The notes: generated by a model from the sequence alone, not told the origin. A stretch of 63,389 nucleotides of DNA, filler included, from Choristocarpus tenellus KU-1152 (GCA_964200185.2; 7 parts of 7 records of this genome joined end to end with filler, not necessarily neighbours in it); one strand, 5' to 3'; counted from the whole stretch's first letter, positions 1-14,215 are shown. Program-made: numbers and translations.

Positions 1-221
1 TGTGTGGAGAAAATTTTGGTTTCTTTTTTTTTTTTCCCCCCCCCCCCCCCCCCCCCCATCCTCACCTGTTCCCATTGTACCCCACCCTGCCTCCTTGATT
101 TTTTAACTGCCACTGCCACTTCATTATCAACTGGGAGGAAAGAGTAGAGATGGTTTTATTGGTCCAGTAGAGTCAGGTCTTGACTTGATTGGCCCTTTGC
201 TCTTGTTGTTCTTCACCTCAG

Positions 222-3200
222 GTTCGAGCACAGATGTGGGAGGAGGATGTGAGGGGTAAGAATGGAGGTGCAACATACTCGGGATACACTGTGCTTGCAG
301 GGGAAACCATCTATGAGCCAAAGGACTACTGGGATGTGGGCTACAAGGTAAGGTCTTTTTTTAATATTCCCTTGAGTTGTGGACCTTAATTGTATCTGTT
401 GGTGTGTTGATGAGGTTCGTTGTTGGTTGTGTGGTGTGTTGTGTAGTACTTCCAAGTGTTGGCTGGACCTCTCTCTCTGTTCCCTACCTTCTTTGTTAGA
501 GCTAGCTTCATGTTTCTTAAATTTGTCTAGTTTTTTCTGCTTTTTCTCTCCTGCTGTGTGTTAGTGTGTGTGTGTGATACATTAGGCTCATGCAAAAATA
601 ACAATAGTAGGGTTGATAGGACGGCCTGTTTTGAAGAGGAGGGCCTATTCAGGATGGAGAGGCAACAATTTCTGTTAAGAGTCAAGGAGAGTTACTGCAA
701 CTGTACAGTTCAATTAATCAGAGTGACCCTAACCCTAACCCTAACTGAACCAAGAATTTAAGTTAGCTCTTTTTTTGAAATCAAAATACAGCGAGAAGTC
801 TAACCGGTGAAAATTTTGAATGTGTTGAATGTGTTGGAGGTTGCAGAAGAACAACAAGTACGTGTTCATCACCCTAACCCATCACAAGGTGTCATTACCC
901 ACAACTAACTTACTACAAATCCATGGCTTTGGGCATGCCTGCTGAGCCTATAGGAGACCTCAGGGTTTTTCTCCTTGGAGTGTTTTGTGCCACTTGGCGA
1001 TCTACGGGTGTTTTGCATGCAGTGCCTCATGCACCGTTACGGTTTCCTCAGATTGATTGGAATTTCAACTGTGAGTTCTGTCGATTTGTCACACTAAGAG
1101 CGGCATTTGGACCAGTGAACTTGTCTGCTTGTTACATGTCTAACATTTGGACCAGTGTACTTGTCTGCTTGTTACATGTCCAACATTTGGATCAGTGTAC
1201 TTGTCTGCTTGTTACATGTCTAACATTTGGACTAGTGTACTTGTCTGCTTGTTACATGTCCAACATTTGGACCAGTGTACTTGTCTGCTTGTTGCATGTC
1301 TAACATTTGGACCAGTGTACTTGTCTGCTTGTTGCATGTCCAACATTTGGACCAGTGCACTTGGTCTGCATTCGCTTCTCCTGTTCTTAGAACTCTCACT
1401 TAGTACTATGTACCATACCATGTAGACCCCAACAGAGATTGATTGTTTTTTGTGTACGAGATGTTTCAAAAGACAAGGTGTGTGTTGCATCTTGTCATCT
1501 ACAGAGTATAGTGCTGTAGGTCAACAAATTAAATCCTGGTTCAATTGGCCTGATGGGATCGATCGAAATTTATGATATTTCCTCCAAATGATGAGTGATA
1601 ACGAAAATACCCAGAATGAGGATGCAAGTAGCAAACGCACTATAGTTTTGTTCTGATAGTTTCGAATGTGAGTTGTTTTTTTTGCTGTGAGAGGGTACTG
1701 TACCGTCCAATTCTATCATAGAGAACGATATGTAACGCATGCGTGTTTGTGTGTGTATATAATGATGATCTTTGTGAGATGGTGTATTGTATTGGCAGCT
1801 CCGGTTCTCAAGATGATAACTAGATGGTGGTGGCTGTGATGCTGTAACTGTCAGAGAAACCCCAATGAAAGATTTTTATTGTCTTAGATTGTACTGTTAT
1901 TGTACTGTGAGTTTTAAACATCATCCTCCCGTACTGACCTGCCCCCCCCCTCCCCCCAATGTACAGTACAGTTGGTGTCGCTCGAGTTGATTTTTTGATT
2001 ACTTGGTGGTCCATTGTAGACTGCATCATGATTAGCCAGTCGTTGGTTAGGGCTAGGGTTACTGTGATACTCTGTTATTTGTATAATTTGTGTGATTTGT
2101 CATCAAATTGCTCTTTATTTCGTGTCTCAAATGTGAATAGCGAATAGTGAATAGGCCTTCCAATGAAAGCATCTGCAACAAGTCTTTTCCAATAATATGA
2201 ATAGGTCTTTCATATAAATAGGTCTTTCATCAGTCCCTGCAGTTAGCATGGCTGCAGGTCAGCATGTGACCTGGACATGTTGAAACAGTTAAATGGAAAT
2301 GGATTGGCCCAATTGTAATTATTGGTTCCAGGCTGACGTAGAGCCCAACTGGGCATGTCGAAACAGTTAAATGGAAATGGATTGGCTCAATTGTAATTAT
2401 TGGTTCCAGGCTGACGTAGAGCCCAGTTGGACACGTCGAAACAATTGATGGAAATGGATTGGCCCTATTAATATTATTGTTTCCAGGCTGACGTAGAGCC
2501 CAGCTGGACATGTCGAAACAATTGACAGTCGTGGAGTATGCATGCAGAAATATTTATCCATGTAATGCCTGACAAATATTATCTAACGTATCCTTTTTAT
2601 ACTGTGTAGCATATTTATGAGCATCATTGTTGTAGACATTTAAAATGTGAACTACAATAGAAACCACTAAAGAATTTTCTACATGCATGTGTGTAACTAA
2701 CTAAGAGGGAAAATTCTTATTCATAATAGGGTAATGTGTGGAGTACAAATGTATATATATGTATGTATATTGTGTGTGTAGAAAAAAAATTAGATACATC
2801 ACAAAACACACAGGCATTGATGTATGTTGTCCAGAGAACATAGAGTAGAGACCAGTGAGTTGCAACGAGCAGTGGCATCGATTTGATTTGATTTATGATT
2901 TGAGATTGTAGAACATTTTTTACAACCATTATATGTGACGGCAGTCAACAGAAGGCATAGATGACTTCTCACTTTGACATTGTGCACTCATTTATGACAG
3001 GCAGACCAACTCAGTCAGACTGTTAGCCTCAGCCTGGCTCAAGAGTAGACCGGTCCAGCCTGCAGATTCCACGGGTTCCAATACTTGCTTGACCTTGTCT
3101 GGACGTGTCAGAAAATGTTAGGGTTAGGGTTGTTGATGGACTGGTACCTTGGCGTCTGACTGCACAGATGAAATGACTTTTTTTTTCTTTTCTCAATTTT

Positions 3201-6200
3201 TTTTTTCTCAAGTATGTATTGAATGTTAGAATAGTGTTGCATGTACTGCTTTCGTTATTTTCTGTTCACAGAATAATTCTAATGTTTCGATCTTTTAATG
3301 GAACTATTTTCTGTACAACATCGCTACTGCAAGTTCAATATCGCTAATGGTCTGATGTGAACAACCTTTGCTTTTTGACAGGTTAACACCCACTGACGAT
3401 TCTATCAGAGATGAGGTTTTATCAGTAAAAAACCGATAACTTTTCAAGGTGTCTCTGACGAAAGCTGTCCTAACACCCAGCACTATATATTGACCGTCTG
3501 GCATCCTCTGTCCCCCTTGCCCTTTTTTAAACTCTTTTTTTGATGATGAATGATGGATGAATGGTTTTTTGTGTGTATATATTTTTGAAGGTTTACATTG
3601 GCCCGAAGCAGTATTTTGTCACCTCTGATGTAGGACGTGGTCGAATGCAGTGGTATGCTTTCCTGGCCTTACCCCCCAACAGCAAGGAAACAAGGGAAGA
3701 CAACATTGCTTACCTCAAGGAGGTGTGTGTCTCAGGAATGCCCTCGTGTGAACATATGTATGTGGTTTACATTTATGTGTGTGCGTGTGTGTGTGTATGT
3801 ATGTTTGTGATTAAAGTCGCTCTATGAAATAAATGGTAGGGATAGTGTTAGGGTTAGGGTGTGTTTGTTGTGTGTGCTACTGATGTCTCCATATATTAAT
3901 TTTGGTATTTTTTCTAATGGTGTTGATGGCATTTGATTGGTCTAAGTGAGTTATATGTTTTTTCCACAGTATATTTGATGTTTTGTTCGGCTTGGAATTT
4001 TGTATTTGTAGATGCTTTCGGAATGTTCTGGGAAAATTTCCAGGCTAATGTCATGGTTGGGTTTTGGTTAGGGTTAGACTTGAGTTGAAATGGCTTTAGT
4101 TGACTTGAGTTGGTGAGGAGTGTTGATGTGGAAAGGCCACAACTCTGTGAACCATTATACCTCCTGGAGGAGATGTTGTCTGGTCTGGGAGTTGTGGTTA
4201 CTATTCCTATGTTACTTCATTTTATCATTTTTGATTAACTAAAGTGGTGAAGCAAGGAAGTGTCAAATATTTGTACATCAAGAAGGACTTAGGTGTGGTT
4301 TTGGTTTTGTGATGTGATGGGATGTGATTGGTGAATACGTACCTGTTTGTGTTACAGTACGTGAGTAAGAGTAATTGATTATGAACATAATATTTTCAGT
4401 TCATGTTAGGATTAGGCTTAGGGTTGGAGTCTGTGAGTGAGTGATGAGTAGCATTGTACATACCTAGCAAGTATTAACATTCTGAGTAGTACAGTATTTA
4501 TGGGTTAGGGTTACGGTTACGGTTGAGAGTTGGTGCTGGGTTCAACATGTTACACACCTACATGATACTTGTACATGGTCGTTTTTTGTATTGAAGTAGT
4601 TTTACTAAATTATCACTTCCATTGGGTGTACTGTGATTGTTCCTTGTCTTGTGAACTCTGATTGAATAGGAACAAGTTTGAACATTCCTTTCTCTGCGCA
4701 TGTAACCATCCCAGTACTACTATTACTATTACTATTACTACTATTACTACTATTACTACTATTACTATGATTTGACTGCCGTCACCCTGTGTTCCTCTTC
4801 TCTCTCTCCCCCCTGATACATTAACACATACATCAATACATATCCCCGTTAACACATACGTACATACATACATACATACCCCTGTTAACATTGTATTCAC
4901 ACAGCGCTTCAATGGTTGGAGTCCAGAGATTCATGAGGCGCTTGATAGTACCACCAATGATGATGTTGAACAGAGAGATCTCTACGACAGGCCTCCCTCG
5001 GTAAGACCTAGATTAAACCATACATCATTGTGTTATTAGGGTTAGGGTATGGTAGTGACTCAATAAACAGTAGTTATTTGTATGCCGTGCATTTTTTCTT
5101 ATTATTATTATTGCAAAAAAATGATGTGTGTATGTGTGTGTGTGCGTGTTTTGTGTGTGAACTGTGGAGGCTTGCGGTTTGGAAAGAGTGTGTGGGTGTG
5201 TGCATGTGGGTTGGGCTGTTGGGATTGTATAATTTTGTGATGCTTTTTTTCAGTGAGTGATTTGTAAGGGTGAAGTTATTGAATACATAAGCTTCTGTAA
5301 TGATTTGGTTGTAATGTAGTTGGTGTACTGCAGCATTACTAGTTATTCACACAGTTTAGGGTTAGGTTTAGGAATTTGTTATAGTGTGTCTTGAGGAGGT
5401 GCTGAAGCTCTTATTTTATTTTTTGGTTACGTCTTCAGCGAATTGAATTTGATTGTTTTATTTCACTGAGTATGAGTTGTTTCCCCTTGTATCAATTTGT
5501 GTTATGTTATGTCTTGCCTGATCTGCAATGTGAAATGGAACTCTTGCCTTCCTCAACCCTAACCCTAACCCTAAGGTGGTGAAACCGATGACTAATGTTT
5601 GTGTTATATTTTCAAGTATCAATATCCATCACTCGGTTTTACTATGTACTAGGTATTTTTAAGATTTAGTTTTTAGTAGTGACTGTGAATCAAGTGCCAG
5701 ATTAGAGTCTTTTTTTAGATATAGCCATCTCCCTTCTGTCTACAAGATGAGACTAGCCCTAATCCTGTTGTGATATCAGGCAATGTCGTCTTGCTGAGTG
5801 TCTTACTGTCTCTGTTAGTATTGATGACTTGACTAAGAAAAGAGTTGATGGTGCTATTGTGCACGCCTAACCCTGACCCTCTGCCTACAGGAGTGAAGCA
5901 TTAGGGTTAGGGTAATTGTCACTCTTGTTAGTTCAGTTGGGGTTAGGGTTATTGTTAATGTCATTATTGGTGTAGGAGTATTGATAGTGCGCTTTGTACA
6001 TCACCTCTGCTGGCAAGTGTACTCAACAATAAAAGAAGAGTGGTTTTATTGCTGAATGCAAGTTGGTGTTACTTGACGTAATGTGATGTGATATAGGGCT
6101 TTTTTGATGCTATTGAAGGGTGTGATGTGATGTGATGTGATAAAAGGTTTTTTCGATGCTATTGAAAGGGTGTGATGTGATGTGATGTGATACAAGGTCT

Positions 6201-7986
6201 TTTGATGCTATTGAAAAGGTGTGATGTAATGTGATGTGATACAAGGTCTTTTGGTGCTATTGATAGAAGAGGCGTTGTTGTGTGATGTGCATGTGTATGA
6301 TGTATTGATGACCCTCTGTGTGGAGAGTTTTGTATTATCATGAAAAAAACATATTTCTATCCTTCAATCTCCTGTACCTTTTTATACCAATACATGTGTG
6401 ATATGTGTGTGTCTCTCTCTGTTTTGCAGGTGAGAAAGAGCTGGGCTCAAGGCAATACTGTGCTGATTGGTGATGCTTGCCACCCCATGATGCCTAACCT
6501 TGGTCAGGGTGGATGTCAGGCAATGGAAGATGGCTATGTATTGACAAACATGCTCAAGGATGTGAGCATGTCTCATTTTTTAAAATTGTATATGTCTTTG
6601 TTACTAGTAGGATTGGGGATTGTTAGCTTGTTGGGTTAGGGTTGAATACTTTGTGTTTATTGGTGTGCTTCTTATGTGATTGTAATTGGTGTTATGTAGT
6701 GCGTCTAGAAGAGTGATCGTACCAGTACTTTCATTACTTAATAGAGGGAATAAGAAAAGGTTTATTGATCGTTTTTTCCGTTTTTTTTGGTGATTAGGCT
6801 ACGGTTAGGGTTCACATCACGTTCTTGCATACCTGCAAGTGTTGCAGCTTTCAAAAAAACAACAGCACTCTGTTTTGATGCTCTGCAATATTGTGATTGT
6901 ATTATCTGCAGATGAGTATTACCAAGGCCAATCTTTACTTCACAGATGTGGTATTACTATGTTCTATTACCACAATAACTTTGACGATATGAAGTGACAA
7001 TGTGTGAACTCCTTACGGATTGTATGTGATTTTTATGACCTGTTCATGGCAGCAGTTTAATCCATCAAGAACACCTTGATCATTGATCATTGATCATTAT
7101 CATTGTTGTGGGAACACAAGGTGGATGAGGGTAGTGGGTTCCTGTGAACCCCTGACAAGAAATGGACTTTATGCCACGTAGATGTGTGTAACCCCTGACA
7201 AGAAATGTGTATGTGTGTTCTAGAATGTTGAGGTTTCGCCTTGAATTAAAGTTGAGTGTTGACACAGCAGTAACCCCTCTTGAAACTTGAAACATGATAA
7301 CTGTTCTACTTCATTTGAGTCAAAACATTTTTGTTCTTTTTAAAATTGGGAAGGGTTAGAGTTGGTGTTTGACATGCACATGATAGTGTACAGAGATCAT
7401 AGGCTGGCACGCACAATGTGATGTGCCTGGTTGGTGAGGCACTTCTGCCGAAAACTGTGTGTCATTCAAGGGTGTACCTTTTTATGATTCTACCATATTT
7501 GGTGCTTTTTTTCAAGTACAATACATTCTTCCCAATTGAGGGGTTAGTTGCGAGTTTTTTTTAATGTATTATGTGACTGCAGGTGCTTTCAGGTGACAGT
7601 TGTAATTATTTTCATGTGTTGATCAGCAGGACTAAGAACAGGAACCTTCTTTGGCCTCAAGCTACTCTCATCAATATACCTTTTCCTGGGCTATAAATGG
7701 TTATATCTTGTGAGTGTCAAGTGTAAGTGTAGAATAGACCTTTAAGTGCGCACTGTTGGTGAAGTATCAATATCACAAAAACTATTGTATCAAGTGATTT
7801 GTGTATTGGTCCATGCAATTATTATTTTATTAATTATTTTTGGTCGTGGTGTTGATAGTGCGCTTTGATCTTATTTACATTAATTACGGTTAGTACCTAC
7901 GCCTCAATATATAATTAAATACTAAAAATTTTAAGGTGATGTCAAGATTTTTTTTTATTGGGTGTCCCATCGTATTTGATCCTCTT

Positions 7987-8019
<33 letters not shown>

Positions 8020-11000
8020 TGCTTGGGCAGGGCATGCACATTTGGATTCCAATAGAGTGCACATCAGAAACTCTAAATTTGTTTTGACTCAAACATGCCA
8101 AGCCTCTTTGTTCCCCAATGAGTCTTTTTTACATAGTTGGCCCTTCAAGTGAAGATGATACTTGCACCAGCATGTTGGCCTGGGTGTTGGTTTTATCAAC
8201 TACCCAGTACAGTAAGAAAAAAAGCAAGCCTACTCAAGTGTGCTCAACTCTTATCTTCCTCTCTCTCACATTCAAAACGCCTTCTCAGGTAACGCGCAGG
8301 GCTGAGATCCCTCTGGCTTTGCAGCAATTCTACCGTAGTAGGGTTACACGTACATCCATAATTCAGGGGCTAAGTCGACTTGCAAGTGACCTCATTGTGC
8401 AGCGCTTTGACACTCCAATGAAGGTAATGTTTGGTGTCTTGTAAGGTGAAGGTGACTAACTAACAAAGTTTCTAGTTGATACTTTAGTGGGTTTGGGATT
8501 CTGGAAGGGGGATGGTTTGTGGGTGTATTGCTTTGGTTGTTAGTAATTTTTTTATTAGTACTAGTACCAGTAATATTAGTATTGAAGTGTGGTGTTAGAA
8601 TTACTTGCTAAGAATGTGTTGTCTGTAATGTGTGATGATAGTGGTGTAGGTATTATGTACGTGATATTTTGTGCTTATCCAGGCATTTTACTCTGAAGCA
8701 GATACTGCTCAGGAAAGTAATGGAGATCTAGGGAGGTCCTAGGTATGTCTTGTTGTTTGCATTGATAGGCTGTGGACAGATATCCTCAATAGAACAGAGG
8801 TGTGACTGACAGGTGTGATATTATCTCTTCAATTACTACAATAGGATCTTTTTTTAGTCTTTTCTTCCAGAACTGGTCTAGGAACGTTTATTTGAAATGC
8901 AGTCAAGGTCCACTTGGTATTTGTTGGGTAGGGTTAGGGTTGGGTGAAGGATAGTTGCGCTAGGTGCTCCATGCCAGATGCCTCTTTCGCAGTAAAGTTT
9001 GGATGGGGAAAGGGTTTGCCTGTGAATTTCATCCCCTACACGTCTATGCTGTGTAAAGGTTTGTGTGATTTTTTGCCCTGTTTGACTCTAAAGGTGAGCT
9101 TGGATCCTTTTAAGGTGGATGCTCCTGGGGGGATGAACTCCATGATGACCAGCTTGTTGAAGCCAGCCCTTCCCCTCATCTTCTATGCACAGTTCATGTA
9201 TCTTTACAGGTGGGGCTTGCTTCTGATATTCTATACTCTTGTGTTTATCAGGGGTATACCTTTTTTGTTCAAGTTATTCTGGGGATCTCTTGCTTTTACG
9301 TACGTCCAGTCCTTTTCTGTTCTCTTGCGGTTAATATATAATATATATGCTATATATCTGTATGAAATCCCAAACTAGTTGGTGGTTACACACTCTATCT
9401 GCTACTAGAGTGTGTACAAGTGCTACACCACGGTTAATCACTTAATGCATGTTTTTTCATAAAATGGAACCGGAATTATTGGAAGGGTTATACGTTAGGG
9501 TTAGGGCCATAAAACATATATTTCTCCAAATGAGTCTTCCACAATATACATCTGTACTCAGAATTTCTTGTGATATTTTTAGGGTAAAAAATGTATGTTG
9601 ATGATTGGTCAAGAAATACAGTAGCACCCTTGCTGCCCAATCATAACCATCAATCACTCCGCAAATGTTGTGATATTTAACTGCCTACTGACATGGAATT
9701 GCTACGATCAGCACCTGGACTAATTGAAAATATTTGATTCTGATACCAAGTCAGACTCGATTGTAGAGATAAGTAGTTTGCTGATTTATCAAGGCTTGTC
9801 ATCACTTCAACAACCAAGTAGACTGCACAAATATAGTATTCATACAAAATTTTGGGAAAGAGGGGTTTTGTAGATGAAAAAGGCGATCATAGCGGAACTA
9901 TATATATATATATATTTATGTGCAGTTAGAGTTAGCAGAAAGGTACGACCGTGTACTGTTAAGGGATATGAATGATGATATCTATGGAGTATTGATTACA
10001 TAATATTCAGAGTGTATCTGTATATTGTCACTATACCTTCTAGTGTCAGACGAAGATGTTAGCATGAATCCCTGATTTGCCTTTAATTGTTTAAAACTGA
10101 TCGTTTTTCTGATATTTTTACTCCCCTTGGTGCTAAAGAGCAACATGCAGGGCAATAGTCAATAGTATGGCTTCTTCTGTTCGATTGAGAAAACAGGATT
10201 CATTTTGGTTGTGTCAGGTGAATGGCCTTTTTCTTGTTGTAGGTAATACTGTGGCATAGTGGTGGATGTGTAACATGTTGTGTCCATCTCGTTGGTTATT
10301 TAAATGAAAGTACACAACAGGAGCAGTGATGTCTTATCTAACTGATGCTTTCTCATGTTGACCCAAAGTATCTGTGGGGGGGTGGGGGGTCTACACCAGG
10401 GTGTCCATTTGGGGCAAAACCAGGAAAAGTGCACTTACCTAATCCATCCAATGTATGCAACCAAATCGCCCAAAATCGCGACATGGACGGCCGCCACACA
10501 CACACACACACACACACACACCCCAGATACTTTGAGCCATTTTGATTGAACTGTACTTAAAGTGGTTTGGTAGTCGAACTTCTTTTATTTTTTTGGCTTG
10601 TTGAGCAAGGTGGTTTAGAAAATGATCTACTGATTATAGTTAGTTCACTGGGTACAGTATTGTGGAGAGTAAGCTGTTAAGTTATATATATTTGTATTGA
10701 TATATTATTGGAATAGACACTGTGATATTCATTTGTGGAGTTCAGCATTCAGTAGAGTGTTCGTTGGGCATTTGTTCATTTTCACAGATATGGGTAATTC
10801 AATGCCTTAACAACTACAAGTAATAAATCGTTCCAAAACCATGTTAGCCAGTTCCAAAACCATGTCAGCCAGCCTGGTACCTTTCACAATGCAAGGGGCA
10901 TTGTGTGAGACAACTCAGTGTACTGATTCTGGTGTAGTTAATGGATATGGAATTTTCAAGGTATGACCCCTGTCAATGGAACAGTGTGTGCCTCTAGCTT

Positions 11001-11260
11001 ACCTCTACCCCTACCTCCTGTTTCCTTGTGATAAGTTGTCGTTCCGATTTGATGCTTACTGATGAAGCCTTATGACTCCCTCTCGCCTCTCACCCTTTAC
11101 CAGTTTCCACCCCAAGATCCTGAAGGAAGGGGAACAGATTAGGCTTGCCAAGGCTGAACGGGCACGAGCACAGGTTGAAACCGCAGCGGCCTGGGCTGCA
11201 GCCAAAGCAGATGGCAGTTATGGCAGAGGGTACATCCGTTCTGAGAAGCAGTTCTCTTGA
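222..11260 (+). CDS. ZEP: Zeaxanthin epoxidase (FAD monooxygenase), 5'-partial, 7 exons
   Basis: Phase-consistent GT-AG exons 222-347, 3591-3722, 4905-5000, 6430-6561, 8289-8423, 9094-9209, 11104-11260 (stop). They encode ZEP motifs ATYSGYTVLAG, GYKVYIGPKQYFVTSDVGRGRMQWYAF, QRDLYDRPP, VLIGDACHPMMPNLGQGGCQAMEDG and YAQFMYLYSFHP. Confidence 0.93.
1104..1363. repeat. 40-bp minisatellite, ~6.5 units, in a ZEP intron
   Basis: ACATTTGGACCAGTGTACTTGTCTGCTTGTTACATGTCYA recurs every 40 nt (1141, 1181, 1221, 1261, 1301, 1341) with no spacers. Confidence 0.95.
2271..2525. repeat. 78-bp minisatellite, ~3.2 units, in a ZEP intron
   Basis: Units start at 2271, 2349, 2427 and 2504 (CTGGACATGTYGAAACA...CCAGGCTGACGTAGAGCCCA). 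Confidence 0.9.
10360..10538. mobile_element. ~180-bp MITE (PIF/Harbinger-like), with internal (CA)n tract
   Basis: TIRs GACCCAAAGTATCTG...CCCCAGATACTTTGAGCC; internal CTACACCAGGGTGTCCATTTGGGGC shared with other copies; flanks GTT/ATT (imperfect 3-bp TSD). Confidence 0.8.
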
Positions 11261-13115
11261 TTTGCTTCCTTTTGCTTGAGATGGTGGTCTCAGTTGTCGG
11301 GAGATGCAGTCAGGATTGCTGTTCTCTTTTTGTTCTTTTTGGGGGTAAATAGTTGTTACTCTTTCTGGCCACTGCAGATGGTCGACTGCTTAACACGTGC
11401 CTCTGTGTGTGTGTCAGTCTTGGAATTGCCCTGCCAATCCCCTTCGGCAGGTAGACTAGGATACTTGTAGAGGAAGGGGAATTGGATTTGTGTGATGCGG
11501 ATTTATCCTCTTGAATGTGTGTGCTTTTTTGGAAGGATTTTTCTAGTACTGGGTGAAGTTGGTTAGAGGAAGTGTGGAAGGAGCTGGGGTTCTGAGGGAT
11601 TAAGTGGTTGGCAGAGAGAGAACAATGATGTTGACCATGACAATTGGTGAAAAGATGGTTTCGAGATTCGCAACCTGTTTTGTAGAAAATTAAATATCTT
11701 GAAGAGCTTTCTGTGGGGAAGAGGTTGCTTCATCTAATGATAAGTTGTTTGATCTGGGATATGTGAGTGGAGAGGGTGCTGATCATGCTCTTTGATCCAA
11801 GGTTATAAGCAGTTGTTGGGAGATCGTCTTTGCATTCCTATCCCTTTCTTATCCTTTCTGCTAGCCGCTGCGACCTTGAAGAAAATTCTAGACAGTCGAA
11901 GGCATTTTCTGAACTTGATGTTTCATCCAGCCCACCACTGACAATGTTTATATTAATCGTTTGTCTGCTAATGATGTAGCCTGTGTGCATTTATCCCCCC
12001 CCCCTCATTGGGAATGAAAGGGGGAAGTTGGTCAAGGGATGGAGGAGTGGATGTAGTTACGTTAATGTCAAATGTCTGGGAGTTGTGGCTTGAGAAATGG
12101 TGGATGATTGATGTGGAGGAGTGATGATACAGTGATGATATATTTGTATGGGAAGGAACGACTGGTTGTTTGGGGGTCCAATGATGCTCTTTTGGATATC
12201 CTTCGAGGAGATATCCCAGAAGTGTATGTGAGAGAGGCTTGCACGAGGTAATAATAATAAAAATGAGTAAATGAGAGTGAGAGGTATCCAGAGTTGCTTT
12301 TTAAGGATCCTGACAAACATGTTCCAAATTAGGCGTTTTTTACACATCTGTGTATGATATTTTTTTCTGAAGTGTGTTGAAGAGTTCCAAATAAAAGAGA
12401 AACAAGACTCTCAATTCGAATTTAGTACTACATCCATAGAAATATTTGTGAATTGCAAAAGGTTGACAAACAGACCTAAAATGTGAAACGGTCAGCATTG
12501 GTAAGGGACTGTATTGAAGTGTCTATAGTGGGGTGGTGCATTGATAGAGCATGAGATGCTTGATGTGATCTTTGTTGATAACAGCACTGCATTTCATGTG
12601 ACTTTGGCTGGACGCTGCTTGGAAAGAGTATAGAATACAGTTGAGGTAGACGAGTGGATAGGTTTATTTGCAGTGCTTTTTTGTACGATAAGGGACTGAG
12701 CAGTGCTAGGGTGTGTGTGTGAGACCAGTTTGATTGAGGCATACTAACAAGGTAGAAAGGATAACATGCACAGTAGTAATAGTGAGCAATACAGGATGAG
12801 ATTGCTACAATTTCGGTGGTACTGGGGAAGCATTGGGATAACGTGGGAGTATGTAACTTTAGGAACAAGTGCAATACCACTATCAATGGTAAGAATAGTA
12901 GTGTAAGTAGTTCCTTTTATCGTACTGGTTAGCCATTTTGGCAGTTCAATCAGTTCCATATAATATATTTATGTATCGAAAACCTTATCATTTTCGCACA
13001 GCTCCTGGTACATAACTATAATGATTACATGTACGTGTTTGAGTGTTACACACAATCCCAACCAACACTACTACCCTCGTGGCCATGGGGTTCCTCTGGA
13101 TTCTAAGGAAGTGAG

Positions 13116-13284
13116 GGCTCAAAATATCTGGGGGGAGGCGGCGGCTGACCATTTGGGGCCCGCTTTTCCATGTCGCAATGTTTGGGTGATTTGGTTGCAT
13201 TTGTCGGATGGATAATGTAAGTTCACTTTTTCTGGTCAGGGTACAAATGGACACCCTGGTGTAGACCCGTCTCCACCCCCCCCC
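13116..13284. mobile_element. MITE copy, reverse orientation, near contig end
   Basis: GGCTCAAAATATCTGGGG...GGATGGATAATGTAAG...AAATGGACACCCTGGTGTAG is the reverse complement of the family consensus. Confidence 0.75.
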
Positions 13285-13308
13285 TATATTTATACACAAA
13301 AGTTTCTC

Positions 13309-13408
13309 NNNNNNNNNNNNNNNNNNNNNNNNNNNNNNNNNNNNNNNNNNNNTTAATTAATTAANNNNNNNNNNNNNNNNNNNNNNNNNNNNNNNNNNNN
13401 NNNNNNNN
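13309..13408. other. Artificial contig linker
   Basis: N44-TTAATTAATTAA-N44, stops in all six frames. Confidence 0.98.
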
Positions 13409-14174
13409 CCACCCCCACCCCCACCCCCCACCAGTTCCCACTCCTTGAGTCGCTTGTCAACAGTCTTATACAGGCCATACGCAGCGTCACCCCTTGTAAG
13501 GTTTGCACCACTCTCTACAAGAGAATAGACCAGTGCTACCGCCTCAGCAGACACATCACCAGGTAAGTTTGTGTTTGCACTGGCAGCACCATACACCTTC
13601 AGCGCCAGCAGATTCCCCCCCACCCGTTGAAGATAGGCATGTTAAGGTGTGTTAAGGTGCACATCAAGCAGAATACACAGCAAAGGAAGTGGTGAGGTTG
13701 GAAGCAGCAAATGAGTCGAAATGATTGGGTTACTCATTGCGGAGAAGAAAAAAAAAAGTGGTTCAGTTGTGAAAAAAAAAAAAAAAAGGGTTGGTATACA
13801 GGGCGAGAGGTGAGAGATGTGGAAGAAAAAATTGAGGTATTCTCTTCAGGAATACTCATATGCTCTTTCACCTTGCAGCTGTAGGTAGAAAGAAAGGAAA
13901 TGGCGGTGATAAAAGGTACATTGGTATAGCATCAAGTGTGTACAGAATGCACAATTCCAAGACATTCTTGTCAACACTCAACCATCATCCGTTGCAGTCA
14001 AACCTCCTTTGCAAGGAAGGCCCTTTCTTGCAATCGATTTCAGTAACAAATTTACACCAATTCACTATATAGATGCTCCACAAGTATTCTTAAACTCAAT
14101 GAAAAAAAAAAAGTAAGTTGTACAAAGTGCAATAGTACAACCTTCATATGCACGTGTTTGTGTTTGTGTGTGTT

Positions 14175-14215
<41 letters not shown>

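Noticed and set aside
790-1000. Loose inverted similarity to 18240-18400
   Set aside because: Probably an old dispersed repeat, but too diverged to define ends or class by eye.
1104-1363. CRISPR-like regular repeat array
   Set aside because: Contiguous units with no unique spacers, no cas genes, eukaryotic intron.
11470-12480. Possible retroelement relic downstream of ZEP
   Set aside because: Only a weak FPYKYI-like fragment; insufficient evidence.
13353-13364. Recurrent TTAATTAATTAA palindrome as a biological motif
   Set aside because: Always centred in identical N44 flanks, so it is a synthetic joiner.
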